64,000 nucleotides of DNA from Klebsormidium nitens (lineage: Eukaryota; Plantae; Klebsormidiophyceae): the NCBI GenBank assembly GCA_000708835.1, contig DF237206.1, forward strand, positions 1 through 64,000, written 5' to 3'. This document shows, in pieces, positions 34,236-47,699 of this stretch. Made by a program: the position numbers and the translations under genes. Below the pieces are notes generated by a model that saw only the letters and a list, made by a program, of their open reading frames with translations, made no database searches and was not told where the DNA came from. Each line of letters opens with the position of its first letter. Positions within the stretch are counted from its first letter, which is position 1.

Positions 34236-37200
34236 TCAAGTCAGCGCCTTCTTCCTCTGCTTCTCCCTCTCCCGGTCCTGCCACTTGCTCCGCGGCTTCT
34301 CCCGCCCCCCGAAGTTGGGCTCGTCATCCTCCAACAACCCCTCCCCCAACTTCTTCACCTCCCAGTCCCCCCCCCCAAGCCGGAGCGTCTTATCCATACC
34401 CCAAGGAAGCGCGGCCGGCTGGGCGGCAGCGGGCTTCGACCCCTCCTTATCCTGCCGCTTTTTCTCCTCTTCCCATGCCTTTTCTTCCTCGGGAGTCGGG
34501 AGCGGTTTTCCGAGCCGGATGCGCTCCGCCTCGTGCTGCAAGTCGCGCAGCAGGTCCCGGGTGGCTTGCACGGTGATCCCACGAACGTACCCCGAGAAGG
34601 GGGGCGGCGGGACCATGGCGGGCTGGATGTTCTGCCGGATAGTCACCTGCAGTTAATTGGAGGCACTTTACTATCTGTCTATCTGTTCGTCTTGCAAATA
34701 CGAAGCGCACGGTTCGATAGCCTCTGGAGAAAGCACAAGCATGAAAAGGGGTGACGTTACGAGCTGGAAGGTTCTGCCGTCTCATCACCCGCCCTCCATT
34801 CGAAGCGGTGTTACTTCTTAGCAGATAGGGAGCTTCATCAAACTGCCTGAAGTAGATGTTGACACATCACGTAGAGAAAGTGCTGACTGACAACTATCTT
34901 GATTTTCGTCCACATACAAGGTAACCATCACCGTTACCTGACCAGATTATGGCTGCTCCACAGGCGACGTTCGATGACATCTTCATATGGACTCTTCTCT
35001 TACCGCACTTTCACATGTCCTCGAACGGAACTGCAAATAGTTTGGGAAACCAGCCATAATCTACATGGTGACCTTGACACAAAGTTCTGCTGCAAAAATT
35101 TCCACGTCAGGGTGTCCTCACCATCGAAGCCGTCCCTTCGACGCCATCTTTACTGTTGGGCGATAAGTAGTTGTGGGGTTCGATCTCCCACGACCCCTCG
35201 AAATTCTTCATGAACCCGGACTTGGCCAGCTTGTACTTCATCTGCACGTCACAATCAAGGGTTTTGAGAACCGGACCTCAAGGCAATGCAGCCCGTCGCA
35301 AACATACTCGTTTACTTTGCAGCATTGGCGGTTCCAGCATCTGAGATCACCCCTTAGATCTCTTCACATTTACTGTTGCGATTTACATGCCATACTGCAC
35401 ACGCTCTAAGTCCGAGACGGTGAATGAAAGTGGTAATCAGACCAGGCGACTCGAGTTTGAAGCTGAAAGTCAGCGAGTAAGCGAGGGAGCGCTGATAAGC
35501 GGAATTTCTAAAACAACCTCATCAAACAAACGAGGCAAAGCTCACAAACCGCTCCTTTCCGTTCTGAAGAGTGTCGCGCGTAACGCTGAAGGTCCCCGAG
35601 AAGAAACAAACACGCCAACTTCCGGAAACGGATGAACCTTAAACAATGAAGGAAAAAACGTTTTTCCTCACAAAGCGCTCCTTCTCGTTCTGGAGGATGT
35701 CCAGTGTGACGTTGAAAGTCCCCGAGAAGACGAGGAAGCGCCACATGGCCGCCTGCTCCATCATGACGCGCTGCTGCACGCCGTCGTCCTCCAAGATGTC
35801 GCGCCGCACCGTCTCCTGCAGCGATGATGTGTTACATGATGAGGCAATCGGTTGCATAACCCTGACGTGAACCGACTGGATGGGGTCTCAACTCGAATCT
35901 CACCGCCCTTCTCGTTTATTGGCGAGGTCCTCTTGCGAAAAAGCAGCACTCAGAAAATCAGATTTTGAAACTCCCGTGCAACTCGCGGAAAATTCAAAAA
36001 GCTGGACCTGCAACCATCAACCCCAGCCTAAATTGGCGTCAAACACCTCCATCTTTCTACCCTAAGGCAAAGCCCTTGAACGAAGCTGCTCCCCTGCAAT
36101 CTTTCAAATCTTCGGCAGCTCAAGTAAATAAAGACAGGTCAAATGTGCATTGCCTGGCAAATACTATTCAAGGCGGAGGAAGATCGTAGCCAGCTCTTCT
36201 TTCTGGCGTAACCGTGTATTGTAAGGCTTTCAGAGCTTCTGTCGTCTAGCAACGGCTGCCAAACTCGGAAATGAGAAGTACAGTCTAAAATTACAGTCCT
36301 TTGCCTTCCCAGATCATTGCAAGTGCTAGTCGGCAAGCAACTTCTCTCTCACCTTGATGTTCTTGAAGATCCGCTTGTTGTCCGGGTCGGAGATGATGCC
36401 GTACACACCGTCCGGATGCAGTCCCACCTTGAACTTGCAGTACAGGTTGCAGAAGCAGCCCTTGGGAACCTCCACCTGAGTGGTAAGAATGCTAACCTCA
36501 GAAATGACCTAGGTTTGATCGAAGTCAGCACGACTCGGTCTGCTCGAAAGATTGATTACAAGAATAAACGTCAACATCAAGTGTAGGCTGCTTGATAAAT
36601 CCTGGAAGATCTTAGAAATCTGCGTCTTTGCAGCGTGGATAATAACAAAAGTTGTCAGAAGATGGTCATTTCACTCGCGGAAAGAACAAGGCTACTCTTT
36701 TGCAGCATTCCAGATGAAAAGAGGAATAATAAGTACGACTTTTAAGTAACTTTCCAGAAAGGGACTCCTTGTCTTTCAGGTTTGCAACAAGCACAGCAGC
36801 TTCCAAGCTCTACCTGAACCCATGCATACAAGTGTCTGCAGCACATGAGCAGCTTTTCAACCTTGATACTTGAACTATTCATATCCACTAATGTGATTGC
36901 GTCAATCCAGGAGCACAAGCAATGACTGAAAGGTGCACTTTTGGTCGGTGTTCAGGTTTATTACTGGGCTGTCAAGGTTATAGGAGACATGCGAGCAAGG
37001 GCAGTCAATTGCCTGCTCTTCTTCTCTTGGTCGAAGGTGAATGCTCAACACTGCTGGCTCAACATGTTACACAGCCAACTGGTTCAGAATAACAATAGAA
37101 ACACTACAGGCAAATGAAGACCGATTGATAGAAGCAACAATCTCCTCAAGACCTCTACAAATGCTGGTCAGGTGTTTCTGCCTGAGGCAATCCTTGGAAA

Positions 37201-38384
37201 GGGCAGAATAAAATTTCCCAGCATTGTTTTGACAGTTGGCTCATATAGAAGGCTTTGCGAGTGGCATTGACCAAACCAACGGTATTCTTTTGATGACGAG
37301 CATTCAAATGGTTGCTTTATGTTCCTTGCCAATCATGTCTAGTCCACGTTTGCCAGGAACATTCTTCTGTGTACACAACAAGTACATAGTTCATATGTCT
37401 GCATCGGCATGAGAAGGACGCCCTCTCATTGGTTGGAAAAATCCAAATCGCTCCCACTTTTTGATTGACACAAAACCTCACCTCTATTTGCGGTTGCTCA
37501 TCTACCCACCCATCCAACCCCACGGCCCAAGACTTCCTCTTTTCCTCCTCAGACAGGGAAGGCTTGGGCTTAAAGAAGGGAAGGCCAAACAAGCCCTCCT
37601 TGCGAGGAGAGGAAGAGCCATCGCCCTTGTCACGTGGGGGGCTGTCTGGCGCTTTCTCCACTGACGAGTTGTCTGCGCCTTTTGGAAGCACACTTGATGC
37701 CCACCCAAGAGCACCACCAAAAGCCTGAAAAACAAGAAAGGGGACGCAATTGTAAAGAAGCAATATTTCGGTCACCCTCATGGCTCTCTGATAATGTAAG
37801 GGTCTTAGGGTCTGAGTTCCTGCTCTGACATTGAAGCCTGGGTACAAATTGCAGCTACGGGACAGCCTGTGAAGAGGCCTATTTATACATGCAACATCAC
37901 AAAGAGTGGTGCAAACTGTGGAAACTTCTCGAAGACTGCTTGATGTGAGAACAGGGCGCCCTGGCAAGCAAGTGATACTCACATTGACACCCCGAATTGA
38001 TATTGATAGATGGAACAGAAGAAACTTTTAAACACTTTTTTGCAGTCCCTGAAACATTCGTCTAAATCATCCCCAAAGAGACAGAAATATTGCGCAGTTT
38101 CAAAGATTTGCATAATTGCCATAAGTTGAGTAGTAAAAGCATGGCGTAGAGAAGCGCTGTAACAGCCCCCCAAACAAACCCGCAGTTATTACTGGAGAAA
38201 CCCTCACCACATCTTCGTCATCAGAGTTTAAGTCGTGTTAGCAAAAAAAAGAGGAGAGACAAGTCAGCTCTCTCTCTTTCTGTCCTTTGTTTCTAGGGAT
38301 GAAGTGCACCTTGGAAAGCGAAGCAAGCGGGCCACCCCCCCCAACCTCCACCTCCTTCGACGGCTGTTCACTTGCGTCCGCCAT
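34236..38384 (-). CDS. Polyketide cyclase/dehydrase (START/SRPBCC superfamily) protein, 6 exons
   Basis: Exons approx. 38384-38310, 37723-37478, 36474-36352, 35819-35672, 35247-35118, 34648-34236. Motifs PDGVYGIISDPDNKRIFKNIK, EQAAMWRFLVFSGTF, KYKLAKSGFMKNFEGSWEIEP, PPPPFSGYVRGIT resemble the plant polyketide-cyclase family. Confidence 0.88.
35541..35606 (-). repeat. Intronic copy of the last 57 nt and 5' splice site of the START-gene exon ending at 35672
   Basis: 45/57 identical, offset 126 nt, GTGAG retained. Confidence 0.9.
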
Positions 38385-39416
38385 CAAATGGGCTTTTCTT
38401 GAGTAAAGCCTCTGTAAAATGTTGGTCGAGAGCGCAGATTGGAATAAGGATCAGCAGTCAGAAAGAGGGACTCGAGCCTACGGATGCTGTACAGACAAGA
38501 CAACGTCACAGTCACTGATCAATCAGGCGCCCATGTCATGCAAGGTGCTCTGGAGCTCCTCAAGTTCAACTGCCTGTGCTGAAAGAGGACAAGCTGCTGA
38601 GAGGCTGCTGTGTAAGCAGACCTGTGCTCAGCCTCAAGCTTCTGACAGGCAGCTCAGCCTGATCAGTGAGGCTCTCAGTGAGGCTCTCAGTTGGTTTTGT
38701 TTGTCGTGGCGCTGAGTTGGTTTTGTTTGTCCAGCTGGCAGCTTGCAGATAATGGTGTCAGTCTCCTCGGAGTCCAAGGTCGCCTGCTTCGAAAAGCGGC
38801 ACAAGCCCGGCTTTCTTGAAGACTTAATTTTGGGAAAGGGACCCGTATTTTCAGAAACGGCAAAACCAGGCACTCAGTTTGAATCGTGGCAATTGACACC
38901 AACATTTGAGTTAGCTTGGGAGTTAGGGCGCTGCGTGCCACCTCAGTTGCTTCAAGTGGACTTTTCGGCACGCCTGTACAAGGACCAGGGTGGACCTAAG
39001 ACCAAGGTGCATCATTGCGATCGCAGAACTCATTGCAATTTGCATTCAAAGTGGCGCCCTTTGTGACGCTCATCAAAGGAGATCTGTCTTTCTATGTCAA
39101 CAGCTGAGACGACGGCTAAGGCGGTAGTGGAAGGAGCTTACTGATCATCCAGAATTTGGAGCTGCCAGATTGTGTCATTCCGCTTTGCAGGCATGTTTGA
39201 TCTTTGACTCGCGTGCTGGTGGAGGCGCTAGACTATGTTTCGTTTACTCACTACTTCTGCATTGGGTTTGATATCTGACATCAAGCTTTGATTTTGTCCG
39301 GAGAGACTCGCCCTTCCACCCCATTTCAGCAAATGCAGCTCCTGTGAAAATCGAGTGTTGATTGTTTGGAAAATCCAGGTCTGTAAAGGCATAAGCTGTG
39401 GACAGCATCTTGCAAG

Positions 39417-42400
39417 ATGGCGCTGCTCAAAGCAAAGGAGCCATCGAAAGATGCAAAACTGGTGGCTGATGTTGGGGCCTGGTGAGTTTTTTGTTGAAAG
39501 TTTCTGCTTATGATGTTTGTTAGGCGTGGTCTGCCTTCAATGTAACACACACTGAACCAGAGGCATCTTGTTTTTGAGAGAATGTGCTTTTTTGTCCCGT
39601 CAAGCTTTACTTCTTTTGAAGTGAGGTCAATGTTCAAAAAGTACGATGAAGGTCTCTGAGACTTGAGTGGATCGTCTCTGCTTTGCAGGCTCAGCAATGT
39701 CGCTACGTCGGTGATGATCATCATGGTCAACAAGCAATTGATGTCAGTTTATGGCTTTGGCTTCGGTAAGTTTGCTCGCAGGTACCAATGCAACAAGCTC
39801 CAATCTCCTTCTCATAGAAAAGGTCGGTCGCAGTCAGGGCCCAACGCAATCCCAAGGTTCACTTGAAACACTCTCCGGCAAAGTATCTCTGCATATATTT
39901 TGAGAGAATGCTCAGCCAGTCTCAGCTGTGCCTGCTTACGCAAGTCGGAAAGACTAGATCCAATGTTAGATATCTCCTGTGGAGCTCGGATGACATTTCC
40001 GGCGCCCCCTTCCCCTCATACTGTCAATAACAAAAAAGCAGGCTACTTTTGAGCAAAGTACGTTGTCCAGCTCAGAGTCCAACCGTTGTGGTCCGAGCAC
40101 CTCGTCCACTGATTGCAATTTCACCCCTGCAGCAACAACTCTTACGGGCCTGCACTTCCTGATAACCAGTTTTGCGGCCGCCATGCTCTTCTGGACTGGC
40201 GTGCTTCAAAGGACGCATCTGCCGCTGCGCGACCTTTTGTATTTTGCCCTTGCCTCAAATTTCTCTATAGTAGGTGAGGGCTACGCGACCACTAGTATAT
40301 CTGCCTGGCTGACGGCAGAAGATTCTGGAGCGATCCTTTCTGTTGAGAGCTCGAGGGCATCTGTGTCGGTCCTAAAGTTACGCTTGAGCATCCCGTTTGG
40401 AGACCTGGACAAGCAGGCAGTGTCAAAAGTGCATCGATGGGGAGAGTCTACTCTTTTTTAAGTTTTAGGGCAGGGAGTGTTTGCTCAAAACCTGCTTGAA
40501 GATAAAACTGACATGTGAGAAGGAAGTGGGAAGATTGGTCCTGCTCTGACTTAGCGACTCCAGATTAAAATCCCTCCAGTGACGTTCCTTATTGTCTTTG
40601 GCAGCACGGTCAGTCTCAACAGGTTTGCTGCAATTTGCTGCCAAACGGCAGAACAGATTGCTTCCTGTCTCTCGAAATTTTGTGAGCTTGGTTGTCTCGT
40701 CAGCAATTGTCCTAATTATATTCTTGAGTGGCAGACTCATTGACTCTACTTCGCGTGCAGGAATGAACGTCAGCCTCATGTGGAACTCGGTTGGATTCTA
40801 CCAGGTGAGCCTTCGTTTGTAAGTTTCTTTGCTTCCACTACCGTGAGGGAGGAGGCCTTCTCTTGTGAAGAAACTATGCAGTTTCAGAGGTGAATCGTCG
40901 AGCAGTTTTGCTTTGAGCGAACCGCCGCTTGTATAAGCAGACGCTTCTCTGTGCATCTCGTAACCTGTTCTGTATGAACTAGACGACACAATCGAGTACT
41001 GCTCATTCGGCACACCTTTTCAGGACACCTTTGGCTCCCTACTACCCGTTCTCAAGAATCTGATGAGCGTCTTCTGCTTGCAACGACAGATTGCCAAGCT
41101 CGCCATCATCCCAACGACGTGCGCGCTCGAGACGGTTCTGGACAAGGCGGTCTTTAGCCGCAGCACCAAGCTGAGTATCTTGGTAGTGCTCGTCGGCGTC
41201 GGTATATGCACCGTCACGGAAGTCAAGGTCAACTTCCGGGGCTTCATTGCGGCCATCATTGCGACCCTTGCCACATCGCTCCAAAACTATGTAAGCAGTC
41301 AACTAGTTTTTCTAAAGTGTCCAAGTGAATACCTTCGGCTCAAATCAAGGTTCTCGAGTGCTGTTGTAAGCATCAAAGTAGATGGTACTCGGGCTGACGA
41401 TGTTATTGTGTTGTCACAACGAGCAATCTAAACTTGGATCAATTGTCTTGCTCGTCGTGTCCTCCCAGCCAGCAGACTTGACCTGCTATACCGGCCTTGT
41501 CCGCTTTCGGTATCTTGTCCCGGGAGGCTCAAACGTCATTTGCTGCTTCCGCGCCTTCGACCAAGGTCTTGATCCTCATGACCCTCCTTCTGATCCCGTT
41601 TTCCAAGCATAGCCGTGCGCTGTTCAAGAAGCACACGCCGGGCTGCTCCAAGCGATAGCTTTTTCAGAGAAGTCCCAGATTGGTTCCTCTCTTCCTTGTT
41701 TTGCGCAGTTCGGTCTCACGCGTCAGGATCAGGCACTCAGTGGGGTGTCCTCAAACCGACGCCGGTCCTTCGACCCGTGAAGGCAATATGTTCACTGTTC
41801 GAGATTGGGTCTCTACTGATTGTCGTTCTCGTGGTATATCCACGTACTACGAAGCAAGTTCTAAGCTTCTCGGCCTTGAATAACCCCGATATTCAACTAA
41901 CGACCGAACAACAGCGCCCCAACAGATTCCATCAGTAAGATCGCGAAGTGTTCTGTACCCTTCGTCTTCCGTATTAGGCTTTACACACAAGAACACAAGC
42001 AGAACCAGGGCTTCGCCGACCTCAAACCACCCCGTTGCTGCACAGAAGTCCCAAAAGCAGAACGACTCATTTCACCCTAGCGAAACCGTCCCGCAAGTTA
42101 AACATCCTGGCCGCTCTCCGCAGTACATTCACGCGCTGCAGAAGAAGCACAACCTGGGCTCCTTCGACTTGCTGGGCCACCTGGCGCCCGTCCAGGCCGC
42201 GAGCCTGCTCCTCCTCGGCCCCTTCGTGGACTTCTTCCTGACGGGGCGGGCGATCAACAAGTACGAGTACAGCGTGCCATCCGTGGTGAGTGGCGAGCAC
42301 ACAATTTGAGTTTCTGGATTTTGTTTGCCTCATTGTTCCGACTAAGGAAGATTGATTACTCCGAAGCATACTTTCGGCTTTGTGGACTGATTGAGACGGG

Positions 42401-43344
42401 GCGGGCGGTTACCCAGTACGTCTACAGCGTCCCGTCCGTGGTGAGCAGAAGCATCTATCGTGCGTTCCTTATGTTTTTCCCGACTTTGAGAAACTGTCCC
42501 GCTGTAAAGTGGTATCGTTTTGTGATTGCTTTTCCAGAAGCGGGCGCTCAAAATGTGCCAATGCAGTTGGTCGTCCACGGGATGTGCGAGCACTCTTTCC
42601 CGTGTGTTTCTCCGTTCCCGGTTATTTGTGGCTGTGTTCTGTCTCACTCTGGAACGTTTACCTGGTACGAGGTATAACTCTGACCGTCCAATCGGGGGGG
42701 AAACGAAAGGCGGGGGCGTCTTCGGACTGCGGCCTTTGCCTTCTTCGTCTCTCTCAGAAAATTACTGACGTCCATCGCACTCCGTTGTTAGGATCAGTCC
42801 GCACTCTGCTGCATTCAAAAGGGGACAGAGGTTAGAGAAACTACGTAACGAGTGCACCTTTTTGGGACGTTCGTCACAGACACTGGCGAATCAACCATCT
42901 GCGATGGACATTCAAGAATCAGCGCTTGCATACGTCGTGGTTTAAGCTTGAGAACATATCTAAAGTTCTCCTTTTCCGTTGCAGACTTGCATTGTTTTGT
43001 CGTGTTGCATCGCCGTGGGCACGAACGCGAGCTCGTTCATCATCATCGGTCGGTTCACCGCGGTGGGCTATCAGGTTCTGGGTCACATGAAGACGATCTT
43101 TATTCTTGTCATCGGTTTCTATATGTTCGGAGCTGACGAGTATAACTGGCGGCATTACATTGGGGGCGCAGTAGCAATAGCAGGCATGGTGTGGTATGGG
43201 TTCATATCGTCGAGGCCTGATTCGAAGGCAATCCTTCCACCACCGCCCAAGGCAGGGCCACCGGAACTGCCACAGCCGCAGGTCAACTTTGACCCGTTGC
43301 CAGTCGCAGACGAATTGGACGCTAGTAAGGAACAGGGAGTGTAG
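39417..43344 (+). CDS. URGT: Nucleotide-sugar transporter, UDP-rhamnose/UDP-galactose transporter (URGT)-like, TPT/DMT family, 7 exons
   Basis: DVGAW|[22 protein letters not shown]|[23 protein letters not shown]|[53 protein letters not shown]. The [13 protein letters not shown] signature resembles the Arabidopsis URGT4-6 clade (from memory). Confidence 0.9.
42396..42445 (+). repeat. Intronic copy of the last 45 nt and 5' splice site of the URGT exon ending at 42285
   Basis: 37/45 identical, offset 155 nt, GTGAG retained. Confidence 0.92.
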
Positions 43345-44442
43345 GTCACAGGTCACAGTGAGGAGAGTATAAGTATTGAACGGATATTTGTAACATATGT
43401 GGACCGCTCCAATCAATTCTGAAGGTTAAAGTTGTATAGTGGATGATGATAGTTGAAAGCGGTGCAGCGCACGCCACCAGCTATTACCGGATGCAGCAAT
43501 TCAATCAAGCCTTGTCAACAATCCTTGCGAACATCTTCGCGTGCATTTGCGGATATCATATTTTGGCGGATACAACTCGTGCACTTGGCAATTGCTGCAA
43601 TGTAATTGACATGAACATCACGTTTACATGTCCGCATCGATCTGACCGTCAGCTGACATGCATATATAGAGTACCCAGCTCACATGCTTATACTATAAGC
43701 GGGGCAGTGACGCGGGCCCGCCATGCCCCATTTGAGTATACTTTACACACGGTCACTGCAATCTCCAAGTTCATTTGAGATATGTATTAGACTGCGCGTT
43801 CTTCGATCTAAGGATGTTAAGCCCGACAGCTTATACACTGCACATGCATGCATGCAATATAAGGCCCGGCCAACCATGGTGCTGTACGGACGGAATACGC
43901 TAGCTAGAGCAGATGTATTGTCTCTATCATTCTGACATCGGACGCTTCTAGACCACTCGATCTCTGAACTCTTGTTGATGCCGCGCAAGAAGAAGATCGA
44001 ACCGTTCGATGGCTACGAGCGGAGCAGACAGCTCTTGTCGCAAGGCGGCACTTCGCGAGCTCGTCATCGCTTTCGACTTGCGAAGTCTATCTTGGAACAG
44101 GCAACCACTTGCCAATGTCAACCACTTCGAGTTCGGCTCGTCGCGGTTCATCACCGGAAAGCGCACCCCAGCCTCTAATCTTAAAACCCGCGCTCGAGTT
44201 TGGGGCCCATAGTCGGCGCCAAGTGTACGAAGTTTCATGACGGCACAGTTTAGCAGACTGTATAAGATTGTCTTATCTGGTTGACTAGAGCTGCCACTGT
44301 AAAGGTAAAGTGCAGAAGATATCCTGGTTCAGCTTTTAGTTTCTGGAGATCTGCACAAGGCCCAGACATTGCCCGCACGAAGCGTGGATGCAGGAGCACC
44401 AGGGGCAGAATGCGCTCGCTTTCAAGAGCGCAATCTGCATCA

Positions 44443-45886
44443 ATGACATCCATAGAGCATCTTCGACCTCTTCACGTTCTGACAAAGATTCTCTCCTGGG
44501 ACTTCTCCATCAAGGAGCTGGCGCAGATGCAAAGCGTCAGCGTCATCTTTCAGAGGGCCATTCTTGATATACCAGTCGCGCGTGTCAAAGTTGACTGTAT
44601 ATTCTGCGCTGCCTCGAAAAAGAAAGCACATTACTTGTCCTTCCTCGGCAGCTATCTCAAGCAAAGGGCAGCTCCGCTGGTCAACTTGACAATCGAGGTT
44701 GGTAGAGACCCTTACTTGACGAGGAAACGCAAGAAAAGCTTCTTTGACATGATGGCGGGTTGGATTGCGCCACACAGAGAGAGTCTAGAGGAGTTCAACT
44801 ACATTGAAGATGCACCACATCTCTGCTGTCAGGAGAAGCGGAGCTGCAGGATCCGGGTTGAGCAAGACAGAAAAGTTTTTGAAGAAGGCATTGCTGTTGC
44901 GGATTTGCTTCAGCATCTATCAGGCTGCCCAAAACTGAGCTCTGTGACCCTTGACGTTTCTGGCGCGGCTCTGAGTCATTTTCTAGACCCACCGTGCAAC
45001 TTCTCTTTCAGCGAGAAGCTGACCGAATTGGATCTTACTACTAGCTTCCAATTCACAAACACCTTCCTGGAGCATCTGAATGAAGGCTGCCCTTTTCTAA
45101 GAATCCTGTCTTTGAAAGGACAGTACGATTCAGAGACCAGAGAAGAACGTGAATGCACGTTCACTCTCAGTTTTCCGCAGCTCGAAACCTGCAAACTAGA
45201 CTGGATCGTCGCATCGAAGGTCAAGATTCTGGAAGTTGTCATTCACAAAGGCGCATGCCTTGAAACCCTGTGCTTTCGAACAAGGTGTTACGGTCGCGAA
45301 GACGCGGGAATCATTATTTTCAAGGTCCAAGAAACTAAACTTCCTCGACTGAGGACTCTGGAGCTAAGAAATGGTCCACTGGAATGGAGCAAAAGCTATC
45401 CTAAGAGTCGCGCCAAACGTGAGGTCTCTGATCTTCAGAATGCGTACTGGAAATGGTTGGGACAAGTCATCTCAGACGCCGCTTGGATCGGCAGGACCAG
45501 CCGTTCTAATGGAGAGACTGAGCATCTCGACCCCTTCTCTCACTCGACTTCATCTTGCCGCTGGCAGATTGTGGGACAAGTCATGCACAGATCAGGACGT
45601 TGCAAACTATGCGTGGGCCCTGCCTTCTCTGCAAGCGCTGAAAATATGCGGATGTTCTATCGAAGACAGAAGTTCAACCTTTGAGGGTTTCCAGCAGCTC
45701 GAGAGGATCCTGGAAAGCTGCAAAGGATTGAAGACCATCGAGATTTGCGGGCGTCTGCTGGCGGGTCCGCTCGGAGCTCAGAGAATGCAAGAGCTCTTGA
45801 AAGGCTTCCTGAAGCTGCAAAGAAAGTTTTCCACAGTGAAGTTCCGGTTCAATTGGAAGGATGCATCTCGGGGCCAAGGGGCATAG
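44443..45886 (+). pseudogene. Intronless F-box/LRR-like (RNI-like) gene split by a frameshift near 45380
   Basis: MTSIEHLRPLHVLTKILSW..IKELAQMQSVS (F-box-like) followed by LxxLxL repeats (LTELDL, LRILSL, LETCKL, LRTLEL). Repeats continue in another frame (VRSLIF, LTRLHL, LQALKI, LKTIEI) in ORF 45371-45886. Confidence 0.7.
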
Positions 45887-47699
45887 CAAGGAGGCACCAG
45901 CTGGCTCGTTCCTTCTGGTCTCCGCAGCACAAGCACGATAGATGATTGGGGCTAGCAATCTGCTAGGTCTTAGACATATAAGGCAGACTCTGGTCCGAAG
46001 GAGCCGCTGGAGAGCGAACGGGTTTCCTGCGTCGAATGAAAGTAGGCCTGACTTCTGATACTAGGCTTGATGGCAGAGCTTGCTTGCAAAATTACTGTCG
46101 GGTCAAACAATTGCCGGTATTAAAGCCGCCAGATTAGATGGACTCAATTGGAGTTTGGAGTTTCTGGATTTGGTGAAGTATAAAACGAACTAGCCCACGC
46201 TGAGCAGATGAACGCGAGTATGGTACAGGGAGTCCGCGCTGCCTTGATCAAAGCTCCAAAACCAAGTTCTGAGTGAGATGCATCATGACATCGACGCTCC
46301 GTCTTGGTATTGCCAGTGATCAACCGTCTCGATTGTTCAAACTTATACGAGGGCCGCAATATAGGGCCGCAATGACTACCGATGTATTTCTGCAGACGTA
46401 GCGGCCCGGCCTAGTTTCTGCAAGCTGATAGTTTCGAGCCACTCCATGATTCTGGATTCATTAGAGCAATAACAAAGACTGCAACTCGGTTGATATCTGC
46501 GCGGCGCATATGAGCAAGCCGCGCAATATGTAGGTGCTATTGATCAGGATGGATTGATTGAGCCATGTGAAAGTGCATAATATCATGCTAGGACTGATTG
46601 AAAGCCTTTCCAGGATTAACATGGATCAAATTCGATGTAGTTGGTCAAAATAAAGGGCGAATTTAAGCCACTCGTCGCGTAACTGAAGAGGCCTATAGCC
46701 AGTTTCGGGAGTTAGCTAATTTGCCGTCGGAATTGAGTGACATTAGACTTACTTGCATGACTCCACATGTCGCTATGCATCCGTTCATAAGCTGTGCTAG
46801 ATTTCTCGTAAGGTCAGATTGAGTCCGGACATGACTTACACGTAGCAAGCTGTAGAGTCAACAAACTATCCCGGGTCTGCCGGAGACCGTGCTCCATGGC
46901 TCTAACGTGGCTAAGGGCGTTAATAATCAATCATGAGAAGTTACCATCAAGCTATAGATATAAGTGGTTAAACAAAAGCGAGCTCGTCCATTAAGCAGAA
47001 TCATGATCCTGGAATAAGGTTCAATGAGATCACATGGGCGGCATGCGGGTGGATGGTATTGAACAATTTGAGGACCTTACGTCATATATGGTACACTGTT
47101 CGCCAAACATTGCGTCGAAAGATGAAGTAACACGACAGGGTCATTGTACGATCTTTGCGCGAGCTTTTACTATCAAAGAACACACTCTATGCCCCAGCCA
47201 AAATACGATCCCACTACTTATCAACGTGTAGTCGTAACCAATTCGTGACCTTTTCAGGCATACCGATATCCTAACAGAGGACGGCCTTCCCCTATAGTAT
47301 CACCTCTTCCGCATATTGTGGAGAACCGCAACCCGGTGACAACTCGTCGAGGATCTTCCAAGAGTCCGACAGCCGGTCAAACTCCTGCAAAGCAACCGGG
47401 CAACGCGTTAGCTAAAGAGGGGGCCTTTGGGCGTAAGTTGAGGTCCACTGTCAAACGAAATCAGGCTGCAAGGAAGGGGGATGGTTCCCAGATCAAACCC
47501 TGGTTTTCCTCAAGTGGTTGATATGCCTATGCCCAGATCAATCTTTCCATCAACAAGCTTTACAATGCAATAATCCCCTTTTCACCTCCTACGAAGCCTT
47601 GAAGGCGTAAAAACTCAGAAGCCGATTCGATGGACATTGAGATAGCCATGGGCTGTTCACAAAGGAAGAAAAGCTTGCGAATTGTCCGGCTCAGGTGTA

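Noticed and set aside
38743-39066. 107-aa ORF upstream of URGT
   Set aside because: No homology cue; the URGT reading frame starts convincingly at 39417. Probably 5' UTR or intron sequence.
43948-44238. Short ORFs upstream of the F-box gene
   Set aside because: No motif and conflicting frames; cannot be supported as genes.
46495-46530. 8-bp GC-rich hairpin (TGCGCGGC...GCCGCGCA) as a possible Helitron 3' end
   Set aside because: No CTRR terminus at the expected distance and no other Helitron features.
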